63,813 nt of DNA, filler included, from Methanobacteriota archaeon (GCA_024860865.1; 4 parts of 4 records of this genome joined end to end with filler, not necessarily neighbours in it); one strand, 5' to 3'. Counted from the first letter of the whole stretch, positions 50,465 to 60,485 are shown. The notes: generated by a model from the letters alone, not told the origin. A program made the numbers and translations.

Positions 50465-50737
50465 GTGATGTTCTTGACTATTAGCGCAGTTAGTAAGAAA
50501 GGACTAACGACCATCCCAAGACGCATAAGGGCTTTACTTGGCATTAGAGAGGGCGATAAAATAGAGTGGCGTGCAATTAAAGATCAAGGCCGAACTATAA
50601 TTCAAGTAGAACCTATAAAAAACCCCTACGAATATCTAAAGGGCAAAAAAAGCGATTCTAGGCTGACTTACGAAAAAGTCGAGCATATAGCTGATTCGCT
50701 ATTGCTAAGGGAGATTAAAAAAGGTGCCCATCGTTGA
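50465..50737 (+). CDS. AbrB/MazE-type antitoxin
   Basis: VSKKGLTTIPRRIR..LGIREGD. Confidence 0.88.
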   Translation: MMFLTISAVSKKGLTTIPRRIRALLGIREGDKIEWRAIKDQGRTIIQVEPIKNPYEYLKGKKSDSRLTYEKVEHIADSLLLREIKKGAHR

Positions 50738-51137
50738 ACTTGATATGCTTATAGCATTTGTAAACGCACTAGATAGGAATCACAAAGTTGCCAATACGCT
50801 ATTTGTTAAGATTAAAGAAAAAAAGGTCGTTGGGACAAAAGTTGCTACCTCTGCGTATTTGGAATACGAGCTGATACATAAATCCAGAGGGTATCCTGAG
50901 AAAGAGATAAGAGCTGAAATCGAAGCGTTTAGAAATTATCCAAACTTAGATGAAGAAGAATTGACATCAGAAATAATATTAAAAGCCTCTGAGCTCAGAG
51001 AGAAATTTAATATGACATACTTCGACTCATTACACGCTGCTACTGCCGTACATAGCGATAAAAAAATAATTTCTTTAGATCTAGCATATGAAGATATTGA
51101 GGAACTAACTAGGATGGACCCTAAAAAATTAAGATAG
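50724..51137 (+). CDS. VapC PIN-domain toxin
   Basis: ELDMLIA, E, YFDSLHAATA, IISLD; overlaps the antitoxin gene. Confidence 0.88.
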   Translation: MPIVELDMLIAFVNALDRNHKVANTLFVKIKEKKVVGTKVATSAYLEYELIHKSRGYPEKEIRAEIEAFRNYPNLDEEELTSEIILKASELREKFNMTYFDSLHAATAVHSDKKIISLDLAYEDIEELTRMDPKKLR

Positions 51138-51580
51138 GTTTATGAAAATTTAAACTCAATACGTCATAAAAATGGTTCAATTCCACATTTCCCCTGTGCT
51201 GTAGAACTATATATCTAAGTTGGCATTACTCAGCATTGCAAAGCATAATAAGCGGCTGCCAAGCCATCGGCAGTTGAGTCGTTTGAACGCGTTTTTCTCT
51301 AAAAATCATTAATGGCTTACTTAAGCACATTGAGTATCGAATTTTAACTCCGGCTATACTTTTCTTCAACCCCTCTAACGTTTCCTCTGAGAACATAAAA
51401 AAGTTACCAGCTACCGAGTATCATCAGATCAAATTTATATTTCTTCAAGATTTTACCTCACTTATCCTTTTAATTAAAGCTAGTTTTCTAAGAAGTTTAG
51501 GTATTTTTTATAGTTTTAGTAAGGAATTTTGGATTAATATAAAAAATATCTTTTTTTAATTTAAATTTAGAGGGATAAAA

Positions 51581-51730
51581 ATGAAAGCCGAACTTTTTGG
51601 CCTTGAAGAAAAATTCAACGCAAATTGTATTAAATGCAAAAATTTACTAGCCATTTTAGAACGTGATCTACAATTTGGGACTTGCAGATTTATCTGTTTA
51701 GAATATTGCGGAATTAAGTTAAAAAGTTGA
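51581..51730 (+). CDS. 49-aa cysteine-rich microprotein
   Basis: GAGGGA RBS; MKAELFGLEEKFNANCIKCKNLLAILERDLQFGTCRFICLEYCGIKLKS*. Confidence 0.45.
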   Translation: MKAELFGLEEKFNANCIKCKNLLAILERDLQFGTCRFICLEYCGIKLKS

Positions 51731-51767
51731 AGACTAATATTTCACGAAAGTTCTAAATAAAAAAGGT

Positions 51768-53492
51768 TTACTTAATCACCATTAAAGTATCGCCTTGGCT
51801 TACTGATTGCCCTTCATTAACAAGTATCTCTTTCACAACAACACTAGCTGGAGCTCGCACATCATTTTGCATTTTCATTGCTTCAAGAACAGCTATTATA
51901 TCGCCAGTTTTAACAAAATCACCAGTTTTAACTTTCAACTTAAGCACAGTTCCTTGCATTGCGCTAATTACTCCCCCTTCCAAATTCTTTGGTTTAACTT
52001 CTTCTGCTCTCTTTATTTCCTTTACTGCAGATTGGCCCACTTGTATAATTTTTACATCATAGATATCCCCATTGACTTCAACTTTAAACTCAGTTGGTAT
52101 TGTAGGCAGAGCAGTTGGTGCAGTTTTTTCTTTAAGTTCTACCAGCGGTTCTTCTTTAATTTCGCCCTTAAGAAATTTCACAGCTACTTGAGGAAACAAA
52201 GCATAAGTTAGAATATCTTCTTCTTTTTTCACTAATCCCAATTGTTTAGCTTCTTTTTCCATTCTCTCAAGCTGAGGCTCAATTAGATCAGCAGGTCGGC
52301 GAGTAATTAGTTTTTCATCACCAATTATCTTTTTTCTTATTTCATCTGAGATAGGACCTGGAGGGCGACCATAGAATCCTTTAACATAGTCCTTCACTTC
52401 CCTTGGCACAACCTTGTATCTCTCCCCCATTAAAACGTTCAAAACAGCTTGAATTCCAATTATTTGGCTTGTAGGTGTAACTAAAGGAGCATACCCTAGC
52501 TCAGCTCTCACCCGCGGTACTTCCTTCAAAACTTCTTCATATTTATCAAGCGCATTTTGCTCCTTTAATTGAGAAATTAAGTTAGAAATCATTCCTCCAG
52601 GAATTTGGTATCTTATTACATTAGTATCAACTCTCTCGGAGATCGGATCTAGAAGGCTTGCATATTTCTTTCGCAAATCTTTGAAGTATTCAGCAATTTC
52701 TGTTAAAAGTTCTAAATCTAGGCCAGTATCATGTGGAGTGCCTTTCAAAGCAGCAACGATGCTTTCAACTGGCGGTTGCGAAGTGCCCCATGCAAAAAGA
52801 GAGAATGCCGTATCAAGGATATCAACGCCAGCATTGCAAGCAGCATAATAGCTTGCTGGAGCCATTCCGCTTGTGCAGTGTGAATGCAGATCAACAGGTA
52901 TGTTTACTTCTTTTTTCAATGCTTTAACTATCTCATATGCATCGTGTGGCGAAATCATGCCAGCCATATCCTTTATGCATAAAGAATCGCAGTTCAACTC
53001 TACTAACTGTTTTGCCAGCTCTACATATTTTTCAATTGTATGAACTGGACTTATTGTATAACATATTGCTCCTTGCACATGTGCTCCTTTTCTCTTTGCA
53101 ACTTTTATTGCAAACTCCATGTTTCTAACATCATTCAATGCATCGAAAATTCGAAATATATCCACGCCGTTCTCAGCTGCTTTTACAACAAATTTTTCAA
53201 CTACATCATCTGGATAATGTTTATATCCAACTAAATTTTGCCCTCTAAGAAGCATCTGTGCTTGAGTATTTTTAAGACGATTTTTTATTTCTCGGAGCCT
53301 TTCCCACGGGTCTTCATTTAAGAATCTTATACAAGTATCAAAAGTTGCTCCACCCCAGATTTCCATAGAGAAGAATCCTGCCTGGTCCATCTTCTCTACA
53401 ATAGGCAACATATCTCTAGTCCGCATTCGAGTCGCTAAAAGCGATTGGTGCGCATCTCGAAGCGTTGTATCCGTTATTTTTACTTTTTTCAT
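51768..53492 (-). CDS. pycB: Pyruvate carboxylase subunit B (carboxyltransferase + biotinyl domain)
   Basis: RDAHQSLLATRM, WGGATFD, IKDMAG, QIPGGM, EAMKM. Confidence 0.93.
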   Translation of the reverse strand: MKKVKITDTTLRDAHQSLLATRMRTRDMLPIVEKMDQAGFFSMEIWGGATFDTCIRFLNEDPWERLREIKNRLKNTQAQMLLRGQNLVGYKHYPDDVVEKFVVKAAENGVDIFRIFDALNDVRNMEFAIKVAKRKGAHVQGAICYTISPVHTIEKYVELAKQLVELNCDSLCIKDMAGMISPHDAYEIVKALKKEVNIPVDLHSHCTSGMAPASYYAACNAGVDILDTAFSLFAWGTSQPPVESIVAALKGTPHDTGLDLELLTEIAEYFKDLRKKYASLLDPISERVDTNVIRYQIPGGMISNLISQLKEQNALDKYEEVLKEVPRVRAELGYAPLVTPTSQIIGIQAVLNVLMGERYKVVPREVKDYVKGFYGRPPGPISDEIRKKIIGDEKLITRRPADLIEPQLERMEKEAKQLGLVKKEEDILTYALFPQVAVKFLKGEIKEEPLVELKEKTAPTALPTIPTEFKVEVNGDIYDVKIIQVGQSAVKEIKRAEEVKPKNLEGGVISAMQGTVLKLKVKTGDFVKTGDIIAVLEAMKMQNDVRAPASVVVKEILVNEGQSVSQGDTLMVIK

Positions 53493-53618
53493 TTTTTAAT
53501 CACTAATTTTTATAGTTATTAGGGCATTTTTAATTTTGCTATAATGGGTCTATATCCTTTGTGGATACAAAACATTCAAATTTTTATCTGAAAAAGATGT
53601 AATATAGGGGAAATTTAG

Positions 53619-53957
53619 ATGCAAGATATTATTGTAAGAAAGAAAGGAGAGAGTCAGAGGACCATTAGTATCGGTGGAAATCCAACACATTTGTTAACAA
53701 AGTCTGAAGTGCTAGAAAGCATGTTAGTAGAAATGGATCCTGGAAAAGGCATTCCGAGGGTTTACTCTCATGAAGGGGAGGAAGTACGAATAGTATTAGA
53801 AGGCCAGCTCGAAATTGAGGTCGCGGGTAAAAAATATCACCTACAAAAAGGCGATACGATGTGGTTCAAATCTAAATTACCTCACAAGGTAAGTAATCCT
53901 AGCAAAGAAAAGACAGTCTATTTTGCAGTTAGTGTTCCGCCTACTTTGACTTGGTAA
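53619..53957 (+). CDS. Cupin domain protein
   Basis: HEGEE...LEG, GD..WF....PH. Confidence 0.88.
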   Translation: MQDIIVRKKGESQRTISIGGNPTHLLTKSEVLESMLVEMDPGKGIPRVYSHEGEEVRIVLEGQLEIEVAGKKYHLQKGDTMWFKSKLPHKVSNPSKEKTVYFAVSVPPTLTW

Positions 53958-54063
53958 AAATCTAAAAATGTCATTCAATCGGTAAATTTGCCATTATTTA
54001 GAATGGATAATAACTAGAAAATTGTTTATACGGTTAAGGATTAGTAAGCAGAAGGTTACTATT

Positions 54064-54720
54064 ATGGAAGTAAGTACAATTATTTCAAAATATAAGCGTG
54101 CAAGGTACAATTTTTTTAAATGGCGATATGAATCAAGTTTTGCGCATAAAGTAGTTTTAGCTCTTGTTATGGCTTGTTTAACTGGTATTGGAGCACAGAT
54201 CAGAATTTACTTACCCTTTACACCAGTGCCCATTACACTTCAGGTATTTTTTGCTCTACTAAGTGGGATATTACTTGGGAAGTGGTATGGAGGGTTAAGT
54301 CAAGCATTGTATGCAGGAATTGGCGGAGCTGGGGTTCCATGGTTTGCTCCAAAAGTAGGGATGCAAATTTTTTCTAGCGGAGGTATCTCTATCCTTAAAG
54401 GAGTAACTGGTGGATATATAATTGGTTTTGTAATAGCAGCAATAATAATCGGATGGTTTGTTGACAGATATACAAAGGCAAGATCTATTTTCCCGCAACT
54501 TTTGCTGATGATGCTTGGCGTGGGAATCATATATGCATTGGGAGCTTTGCAACTCTCTTTGATATTGCATATTGGATTTCAAAGAACACTAGAGTTAGGG
54601 GTTCTCCCTTTCATTCCAGTCGATATAGTCAAAGCTATTGCTGTTGCAATTATTAGTACAGCAATGTTACCAAAAGAAGCATACAATGGTGAAGTTGACG
54701 TTAGAAATAGGAAAAATTGA
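54064..54720 (+). CDS. bioY: Biotin transporter BioY
   Basis: FTPVPITLQ, TGGYIIGF, PFIPVD.VK. Confidence 0.93.
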   Translation: MEVSTIISKYKRARYNFFKWRYESSFAHKVVLALVMACLTGIGAQIRIYLPFTPVPITLQVFFALLSGILLGKWYGGLSQALYAGIGGAGVPWFAPKVGMQIFSSGGISILKGVTGGYIIGFVIAAIIIGWFVDRYTKARSIFPQLLLMMLGVGIIYALGALQLSLILHIGFQRTLELGVLPFIPVDIVKAIAVAIISTAMLPKEAYNGEVDVRNRKN

Positions 54721-54852
54721 CCATTGTTACATTTCCTATTATTTTTTCGTTATAATCTATTTGAAATCAATTCATGTATAAGCAAAATTTAAAATTTTGT
54801 ATATACTTAATTTTTTTATTGTAATTACAGAAAGATGATTTAGTTGTTCCAA

Positions 54853-55068
54853 ATATCCAGAATATCGAGGTAAGCCTCTGGTGCCTTCATCTTCAGCAGC
54901 CGAAGAACTACTGAGACAAGGACTGGATTTGAATGACATTAAAGAGATCTTAGAGCGGGGATTCGATTGTGCGCGAAGCAAGAGGAAAGCAGGAACGCTG
55001 GAAAAATGTATTATTGTTGGGGATTGGTTAAGAAAAGCTGTGGTAATAGAAAAGGCACTTTCGGTCAC
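54853..55068 (+). pseudogene. Truncated small protein (DUF4258-like) cut by a mini IS element
   Basis: YPEYRGKPLVPSSSAAEELLRQGLDLNDIKEILERGFDC...LEKCI; no clean start; runs into an IS left-end motif. Confidence 0.4.
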
Positions 55069-55238
55069 CTCTCTCCACTTGTTTTTTGTTCGGAAATTAT
55101 TAAATAAAATTTATGTTTCAGTTTAAAACCATGGAAGTTAAGAAAACAATAAAAGCAAAGGTTGTTGCTTTAACAAAAATTAAGAAGCAAATTTTAGATC
55201 AATAATACAAAAACCTCCAGCTCTTCTAGGTAGTTCAC
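55063..55238 (+). mobile_element. Heavily deleted IS200/IS605-type TnpB element
   Basis: Left-end-like GGTCACCTCTCTCCACTT, TnpB-like N-terminus MEVKKTIKAKVVALTKIKKQILDQ*YKNLQLF* (55131-55229), right-end terminus GGTAGTTCAC. Confidence 0.65.
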
Positions 55239-55292
55239 TTAGTATAAGTTAAGGAAATATTTTTAAGGTTACGAAGCCGAGTATGAACAGGT

Positions 55293-55754
55293 GTGTATAT
55301 GCTATCTGACGTAAAGCAGGCGACGATAGTGCTTTCTGGAGAAGTGCAATACGTTGGACTGAGAGCTGAGATGGAAGAGCTTCTAGCAAAGCACGGTTTT
55401 CCGGGCTTTGTGTACAACGATGCAAGGGATGGCACATTGAAGTTAGTGTGCGAAGGAGACGACGCTGAGATAAAGCGGCTAATTGATGAAATAACCGCGG
55501 TGCATCCTGAGGTCAGCATCTCGCTAGAGGAACGGGTAATACTGCCTAAGCCAGCGGGCAGAGTTGTTATCGGCGTGGAGAGGGGAATTTTCGAGAGGCT
55601 TGATCTGGGAGTGAATAGGCTGGGTTCCATCGATGATACACTTAAGTTTATGAATAAAAAGCTGGATAAACTAGACACTTTAGATAAAAAGCTAGATAAA
55701 CTAGACACTTTAGAAGACATCAAGAAATTGCTTGAAAAAATCGCGGAGAAGTAA
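55293..55754 (+). CDS. Acylphosphatase-like domain protein with C-terminal coiled-coil repeats
   Basis: SGEVQYVGLR, GFVYN..DGT..LVCEG; KLDKLDTLD repeats. Confidence 0.8.
   Translation: MYMLSDVKQATIVLSGEVQYVGLRAEMEELLAKHGFPGFVYNDARDGTLKLVCEGDDAEIKRLIDEITAVHPEVSISLEERVILPKPAGRVVIGVERGIFERLDLGVNRLGSIDDTLKFMNKKLDKLDTLDKKLDKLDTLEDIKKLLEKIAEK
55654..55714 (+). repeat. 30-nt tandem duplication
   Basis: ATAAAAAGCTRGATAAACTAGACACTTTAG x2, one mismatch. Confidence 0.9.
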
Positions 55755-56061
55755 GTCATACTTTTATTACCTCCTAAATACTTCGCACTGCCCAGCCTAG
55801 TGTTGGCGGCGGCGGAATTTCAACGTTTATATCCACAGTGTTGTTGAAGCTCCCGTAGTTGCCGCTTCTGATTTATTGATTAAAGATTTCGTAACTATTT
55901 AGTCATTTGAACATTTTTGCGCTGACGATTTCCTCCAAAAAGTTAGAAATATTAAAACGAAAAAACGCAAAACTTTAGTTTAGGATTTAATTATTTGTTG
56001 GAATACCAAATGAAAAACAAATCTAAAATATGAAAACCTTCATAAAAAATTAATTTTGCAA

Positions 56062-56943
56062 TTATCTTTTTAATTTTGCTTTAACTAGTTGGAGTATTTC
56101 AACGGGTATTTTAGCGACAGGAACTCCAGCTCTTTCAAATGCTTTTATCTTGCTCTCTGGGGTTCCAGCAGCCCCGGAAATAATTGCTCCAGCATGCCCC
56201 ATCCTTTTTCCAGATGGAGCACATCGACCAGCTACAAAAGCTATTACTGGTTTTGAAATTTTTCCTCGAATAAATTTCGCAGCTCTCTCTTCTTCATCTC
56301 CTCCAATTTCCCCAACCAAAACCACGCCTTCAGTTTGAGAATCTTTTTCAAAAAGAGATAATATCTCTGTAAAACTTGTTCCAATAACCGCGTCTCCGCC
56401 TATCCCAACGCAAGTTGATTGACCAAGTCCTCCATTTGTAATGATCGATGCAATTTCATATGTCAAAGTTCCACTGCGAGATACCATCCCTATTTTTCCA
56501 GGCTTGAAAATATTTCCCGGCATTATCCCAACTTTGCTTTTCCCTGGAGAAATTATTCCGGGAGTATTTGGCCCGATTATAGTTGCTTTTTTCTCTGAAG
56601 CATAATTTATGATTTCGAGCGTGTCTAAAATTGGAACATGTTCCGTGATTATTACAATGAGTTTTATTCCTGCATTAATTGCTTCTAATGCTGCGTCTTT
56701 TGCAAAAGGAGCTGGAACAAAAATAATGCTTGTATTTGGGTTCTGTTCTCTCATGGCTTCTTCAACTGTGTTATATACTGGAATTCCGTGAACGGTTGTG
56801 CCCCCTTTCCCAGGCGTTGTTCCCGCAACAACTTTAGCTCCGTACTCTAACATTGATTTAGCATGAAAACTTCCATGATGTCCTGTTACGCCCTGGACTA
56901 AAATACGAGTGTTTTCATCTATGAGAACTGACATTTTTCTCAT
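56062..56943 (-). CDS. sucD: Succinyl-CoA synthetase alpha subunit
   Basis: VQGVTG, GPNTPG, SRSGTLTYE, GIGGD, RMGHAGA. Confidence 0.93.
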   Translation of the reverse strand: MRKMSVLIDENTRILVQGVTGHHGSFHAKSMLEYGAKVVAGTTPGKGGTTVHGIPVYNTVEEAMREQNPNTSIIFVPAPFAKDAALEAINAGIKLIVIITEHVPILDTLEIINYASEKKATIIGPNTPGIISPGKSKVGIMPGNIFKPGKIGMVSRSGTLTYEIASIITNGGLGQSTCVGIGGDAVIGTSFTEILSLFEKDSQTEGVVLVGEIGGDEEERAAKFIRGKISKPVIAFVAGRCAPSGKRMGHAGAIISGAAGTPESKIKAFERAGVPVAKIPVEILQLVKAKLKR

Positions 56944-57027
56944 TATGAGATTGGTTCTATAAATTAAAAAATCTTTTCAACCATAAATTTAATAATTTAA
57001 ATCCCACATTAAAATAAAGGTATTAAA

Positions 57028-57318
57028 ATGAATGAAGAGGATGAGTTACTAAATATAAAACCAGTAACTAAGAAACTTACCCATAGACAAGAATTTGATA
57101 TATCAATGTCTCCAATTAAGATGCAGATAATAAAAATCATTGCAGCAAAAGTTCCTGCTCCAACTATCGATTATCTCCATGCTAAAATTGATGCTAAACC
57201 GGAAATAATTGATTATCATCTAGATGTTTTAAAAAGTTTAGACTTAATTGTAGAGGAGAGAGGAGTATTAGTTTTTACAGAAGAAGGTATGAAATTAGCG
57301 CGAAACCTTGGTTTGTAA
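57028..57318 (+). CDS. Winged-HTH (ArsR-like) protein
   Basis: SPIKMQII, IDYHLDVLKSLDLI, FTEEG. Confidence 0.7.
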   Translation: MNEEDELLNIKPVTKKLTHRQEFDISMSPIKMQIIKIIAAKVPAPTIDYLHAKIDAKPEIIDYHLDVLKSLDLIVEERGVLVFTEEGMKLARNLGL

Positions 57319-57413
57319 AGGGCTAAAAAACAGAGGGTAGATTATAAAAAATAATACCATATTAGCGAGGCAGAATTTATACGAAAAAATTACCTATCTT
57401 TGGAATAATTCGT

Positions 57414-58598
57414 TTATAATGCAAATATCTTCTTATCATGCCCCTTCTTTAACTCATTAAGTTCTTTGGCGACAGAAACAGCTTTTTTTGCGGCTTCGAA
57501 CATAGAATCAAAAAATGGGGTTTTATTTTCCTCTAAAATCTTTTTACCTTCAGCTTCATTTGTACCAGTTAATCTAACAGTAATTGGTTTTTGAATGTTG
57601 TATTCTTTAATTGCAGTAACAATTCCTCTTGCTACTTCATCACATCTAGTGATTCCAGCAAATACATTGATTAAAATTACTTTAACATTTGGCTTAGAAT
57701 GAATGAATTTAAGGGCCCTTATAACCACTTCTGTAGATGTTCCTCCGCCAAGGTCTAAAAAGTTAGCAGGTTTACCGCCAAATTGGGAAACTAAATCTAA
57801 AGTTGCCATCACAAGCCCTGCACCATTGCCGATAACACCAATATTACCATCAAGTTCTACGTAAATTAGGTCTTGTTCTTTAGCCAACCTTTCCTCATCA
57901 GAAAGTTCGGAAGCTTCAGGTCCAAATTCTTTAACTAAATCCTGATGCCTAAATAGCGCATTATCATCGATGATTATTTTTGCATCTGCAGCACATAACT
58001 CATTGCTCTTTGAAAGAACTAAGGGATTGATCTCAACTAATTCTGCATCTAAGTCAAAATAGATATCGCTTAATTTTTTGATTATGTTTCCAATTGCTAT
58101 ACACTGCTCACCTGAAAATCCAAGCTTTTTAGCGATTACACGTCCTTCAAATTCCCTCAAACCAGTTCTGATATCTATTGGATATTTGATTAGCTTCTCA
58201 GGAAATCGCTCTACAATAGTTTCTACATCCACGCCGCCTGTTCTAGAGGCTAGAACTAAGACTTTTCTAGCCCCTCTATCTAAGGTAACGCTCACAAAAA
58301 GTTCCTTTAAAATATCTAACTTTTCTTCTACCAAGACTTTCCTTACAGGAAAACCATCAAGTGAAGCGCCTAAGAGCGAAGAAACAACTTTTTTTACATC
58401 TTTCGGGAACTCAGCAAATTTTATTCCCCCAACTTTTCCCCTTCCTCCTACTAAAACTTGAGCCTTCATTGCAACTGGCTTTTTCAATTCTTCAGCAATT
58501 TTTCTAGCTTCCTCCGGAGAAATTGCGACTCTTCCTTTTGGAATTTGAATTCCGTACTTTAACAAAATAGATTTAGCTTGAAATTCTTGAAGCTTCAT
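57414..58598 (-). CDS. sucC: Succinyl-CoA synthetase beta subunit
   Basis: MKLQEFQAK, KAQVLVGGRGK, EINPL, GNGAGLVMATLD, PANFLDLGGG; start at ATG 58598. Confidence 0.93.
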   Translation of the reverse strand: MKLQEFQAKSILLKYGIQIPKGRVAISPEEARKIAEELKKPVAMKAQVLVGGRGKVGGIKFAEFPKDVKKVVSSLLGASLDGFPVRKVLVEEKLDILKELFVSVTLDRGARKVLVLASRTGGVDVETIVERFPEKLIKYPIDIRTGLREFEGRVIAKKLGFSGEQCIAIGNIIKKLSDIYFDLDAELVEINPLVLSKSNELCAADAKIIIDDNALFRHQDLVKEFGPEASELSDEERLAKEQDLIYVELDGNIGVIGNGAGLVMATLDLVSQFGGKPANFLDLGGGTSTEVVIRALKFIHSKPNVKVILINVFAGITRCDEVARGIVTAIKEYNIQKPITVRLTGTNEAEGKKILEENKTPFFDSMFEAAKKAVSVAKELNELKKGHDKKIFAL

Positions 58599-58867
58599 GG
58601 AACTTTTTGTGTTTTTCTTGACATTTAAAAGTGCCCCAAAATTAGATTTTAGGATATTTGTCGCAAAATTCTCCAAACGGTATTTTTTGAAATTCCAAGC
58701 TTTAAAGCGATTTGTTGAACCGATAAAAAATTAAGGAATCCGCAAAAACGTTATACTCAATCGCTTCTTGCTTTCGTAACTATCGGCTTTAAATAGCCGC
58801 TAAGTTTTTATCCATCTGTGTATACCATGATATTATAGTTAATCCTCATAGTATAATGCGTGATAAC

Positions 58868-59063
58868 ATGAGCGAAGCGGTAAGGAGAAAGCATACAACT
58901 GGATGGATAACGATATCCTTGGATGAGTATGAAGAGCATGAAAAGGACAATCGAAGTTCTCTCTGATAAAGACCTCATGAAGCAGATTGATGAGAGCAAG
59001 AAGGCAAGGGCAGCGGGAAAAGTAAGAAATTTTGATGATGTTGCAAAAGAACTCAGTATCTAA
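58868..59063 (+). pseudogene. Antitoxin (Phd/YefM-like C-terminus) with a 1-nt frameshift near 58932
   Basis: MSEAVRRKHTTGWITISLDEYE / SMKRTIEVLSDKDLMKQIDESKKARAAGKVRNFDDVAKELSI*. Confidence 0.65.
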
Positions 59064-59310
59064 AACTCGTCTTTGTGTTTGATAGCTTCTACAGTAACTA
59101 TATTTTCTTGAAAATCAATTGTATAGAGAATCCTGAATTTGTTTTCGAATTTTAACTCCCAGTATCCATGGAGTTCTCCCCTTAAAGGTTTTCCATAAAT
59201 ATCTGGGGCGTCTTTCAATTTTCTTATTATTAGCAAATCTTCGCTGAATTTCTTTGTCGAACTTTTTCAATCTCCTTTCGGGGCTCTGTGATCTTGATGA
59301 TAAATGGCAT
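59060..59310 (-). pseudogene. RelE/ParE-family toxin with two frameshifts
   Basis: MPFIIKITEP / ERRLKKFDKEIQRRFAN / IRKLKDAPDIYGKPLRGELHGYWELKFENKFRILYTID....VTVEAIKHKDEF*. Confidence 0.78.
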
Positions 59311-59650
59311 GATTTTAACTCTTTGTCGGAGTGATATATTTTTTATGCTTAACCGAATTGACCGAATTGACCGATACGCTCGGACTACGGGTAACGGACT
59401 ACTACTTTTATGATCTTTATAAGAAAAATTTCAGAAATCTTTGAGATAAAGAAATACAAAGTGATAGATATTTTACTTTATAGTTAAAAGAGAAAATTCT
59501 AAAAAATAAATCTGTTGGTTGAAAAATGCTTTAGATTCACTAGCAGGATTATTCGTATTGCATGAAGTAAGTGGAATGCAAATAAAACTACAATGTTTGA
59601 ATTTAACTTCATCAACATCCAATAGCTACAAAAGCGCAAGAAAAGGCTAG

Positions 59651-60141
59651 CTAAATAAATTTGAATCCTTCATCTGTAATTTGATATTTGTGCCAGTTTG
59701 GGTCATGTTTAGAACCGCGCATTCTAGCAACTCTTAGAGCTCGCTCTCCATTTTTAAAATCGAGTTCGATTTTGCCATCTGACAGATAATCCAGTGCTGC
59801 ATTAGTCTTTTCATCTAACACTCCCTTATCCATTATCGATATGTTTATGATTCCTCTAGTTTTGCAGCGAGCATTTAATATCTGAATGAATTTTAATACA
59901 GCTCTACTTTCGATTTTTAACATATAGCTGGTTAATGAATCAAAAACAGTCCTGCTGCCTTCTTTTGAATCTGTTTCTTTTTGCGCATCAAGCAGCAAAA
60001 TTGAGAGGTGATTTAAATCAGTTGGGCTTCTCAAAACAAACTTTTCTTTTGACTCGACAAACTCTCCAAGCAAACAAGTAAAGGCGTCGATAAATCTGAA
60101 CGAATTTTGTTGCTCGAATTTGGATATATCCCATTTGAAGC
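59651..60141 (-). CDS. KaiC/RAD55-family ATPase, C-terminal part (5' end lost at contig break)
   Basis: FIDAFTC, VFDSLT, DG.IEL, LRVARMRG..H. Confidence 0.82.
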
Positions 60142-60241
60142 NNNNNNNNNNNNNNNNNNNNNNNNNNNNNNNNNNNNNNNNNNNNTTAATTAATTAANNN
60201 NNNNNNNNNNNNNNNNNNNNNNNNNNNNNNNNNNNNNNNNN
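60142..60241. other. Artificial contig linker
   Basis: 44 N + TTAATTAATTAA + 44 N. Confidence 0.98.
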
Positions 60242-60349
60242 AATGGATATGTGAAATTGTATGAGATCAGTTAAAAATACATCCGGTTATTCTCTCCTAC
60301 TAAAAATTTCGCTGTTGTTACTGAAGTTGTGGTTGAGCGATAACTAGGT

Positions 60350-60437
60350 CATAACAAAACTGAGGAAAGCCATGCAAATTGCTCAGTGTTATTTTCGGTT
60401 CTTGCATGGAGGTATTGAAGAGCACATTTTGAATCTA
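60350..60437 (+). repeat. 88-bp direct repeat, copy 1 (RBS + first 22 codons of the glycosyltransferase)
   Basis: Identical to 61374-61461. Confidence 0.95.
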
Positions 60438-60485
60438 GGAAAAATTTATTGTTTAAAAGGCTATAACAATAGTGCAAGAATAATT

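Noticed and set aside
51243-51292. attC-like start GCATAATAAGCGGCTGCC with a short hairpin
   Set aside because: No AAC in the R'' position and no properly spaced complementary R' box.
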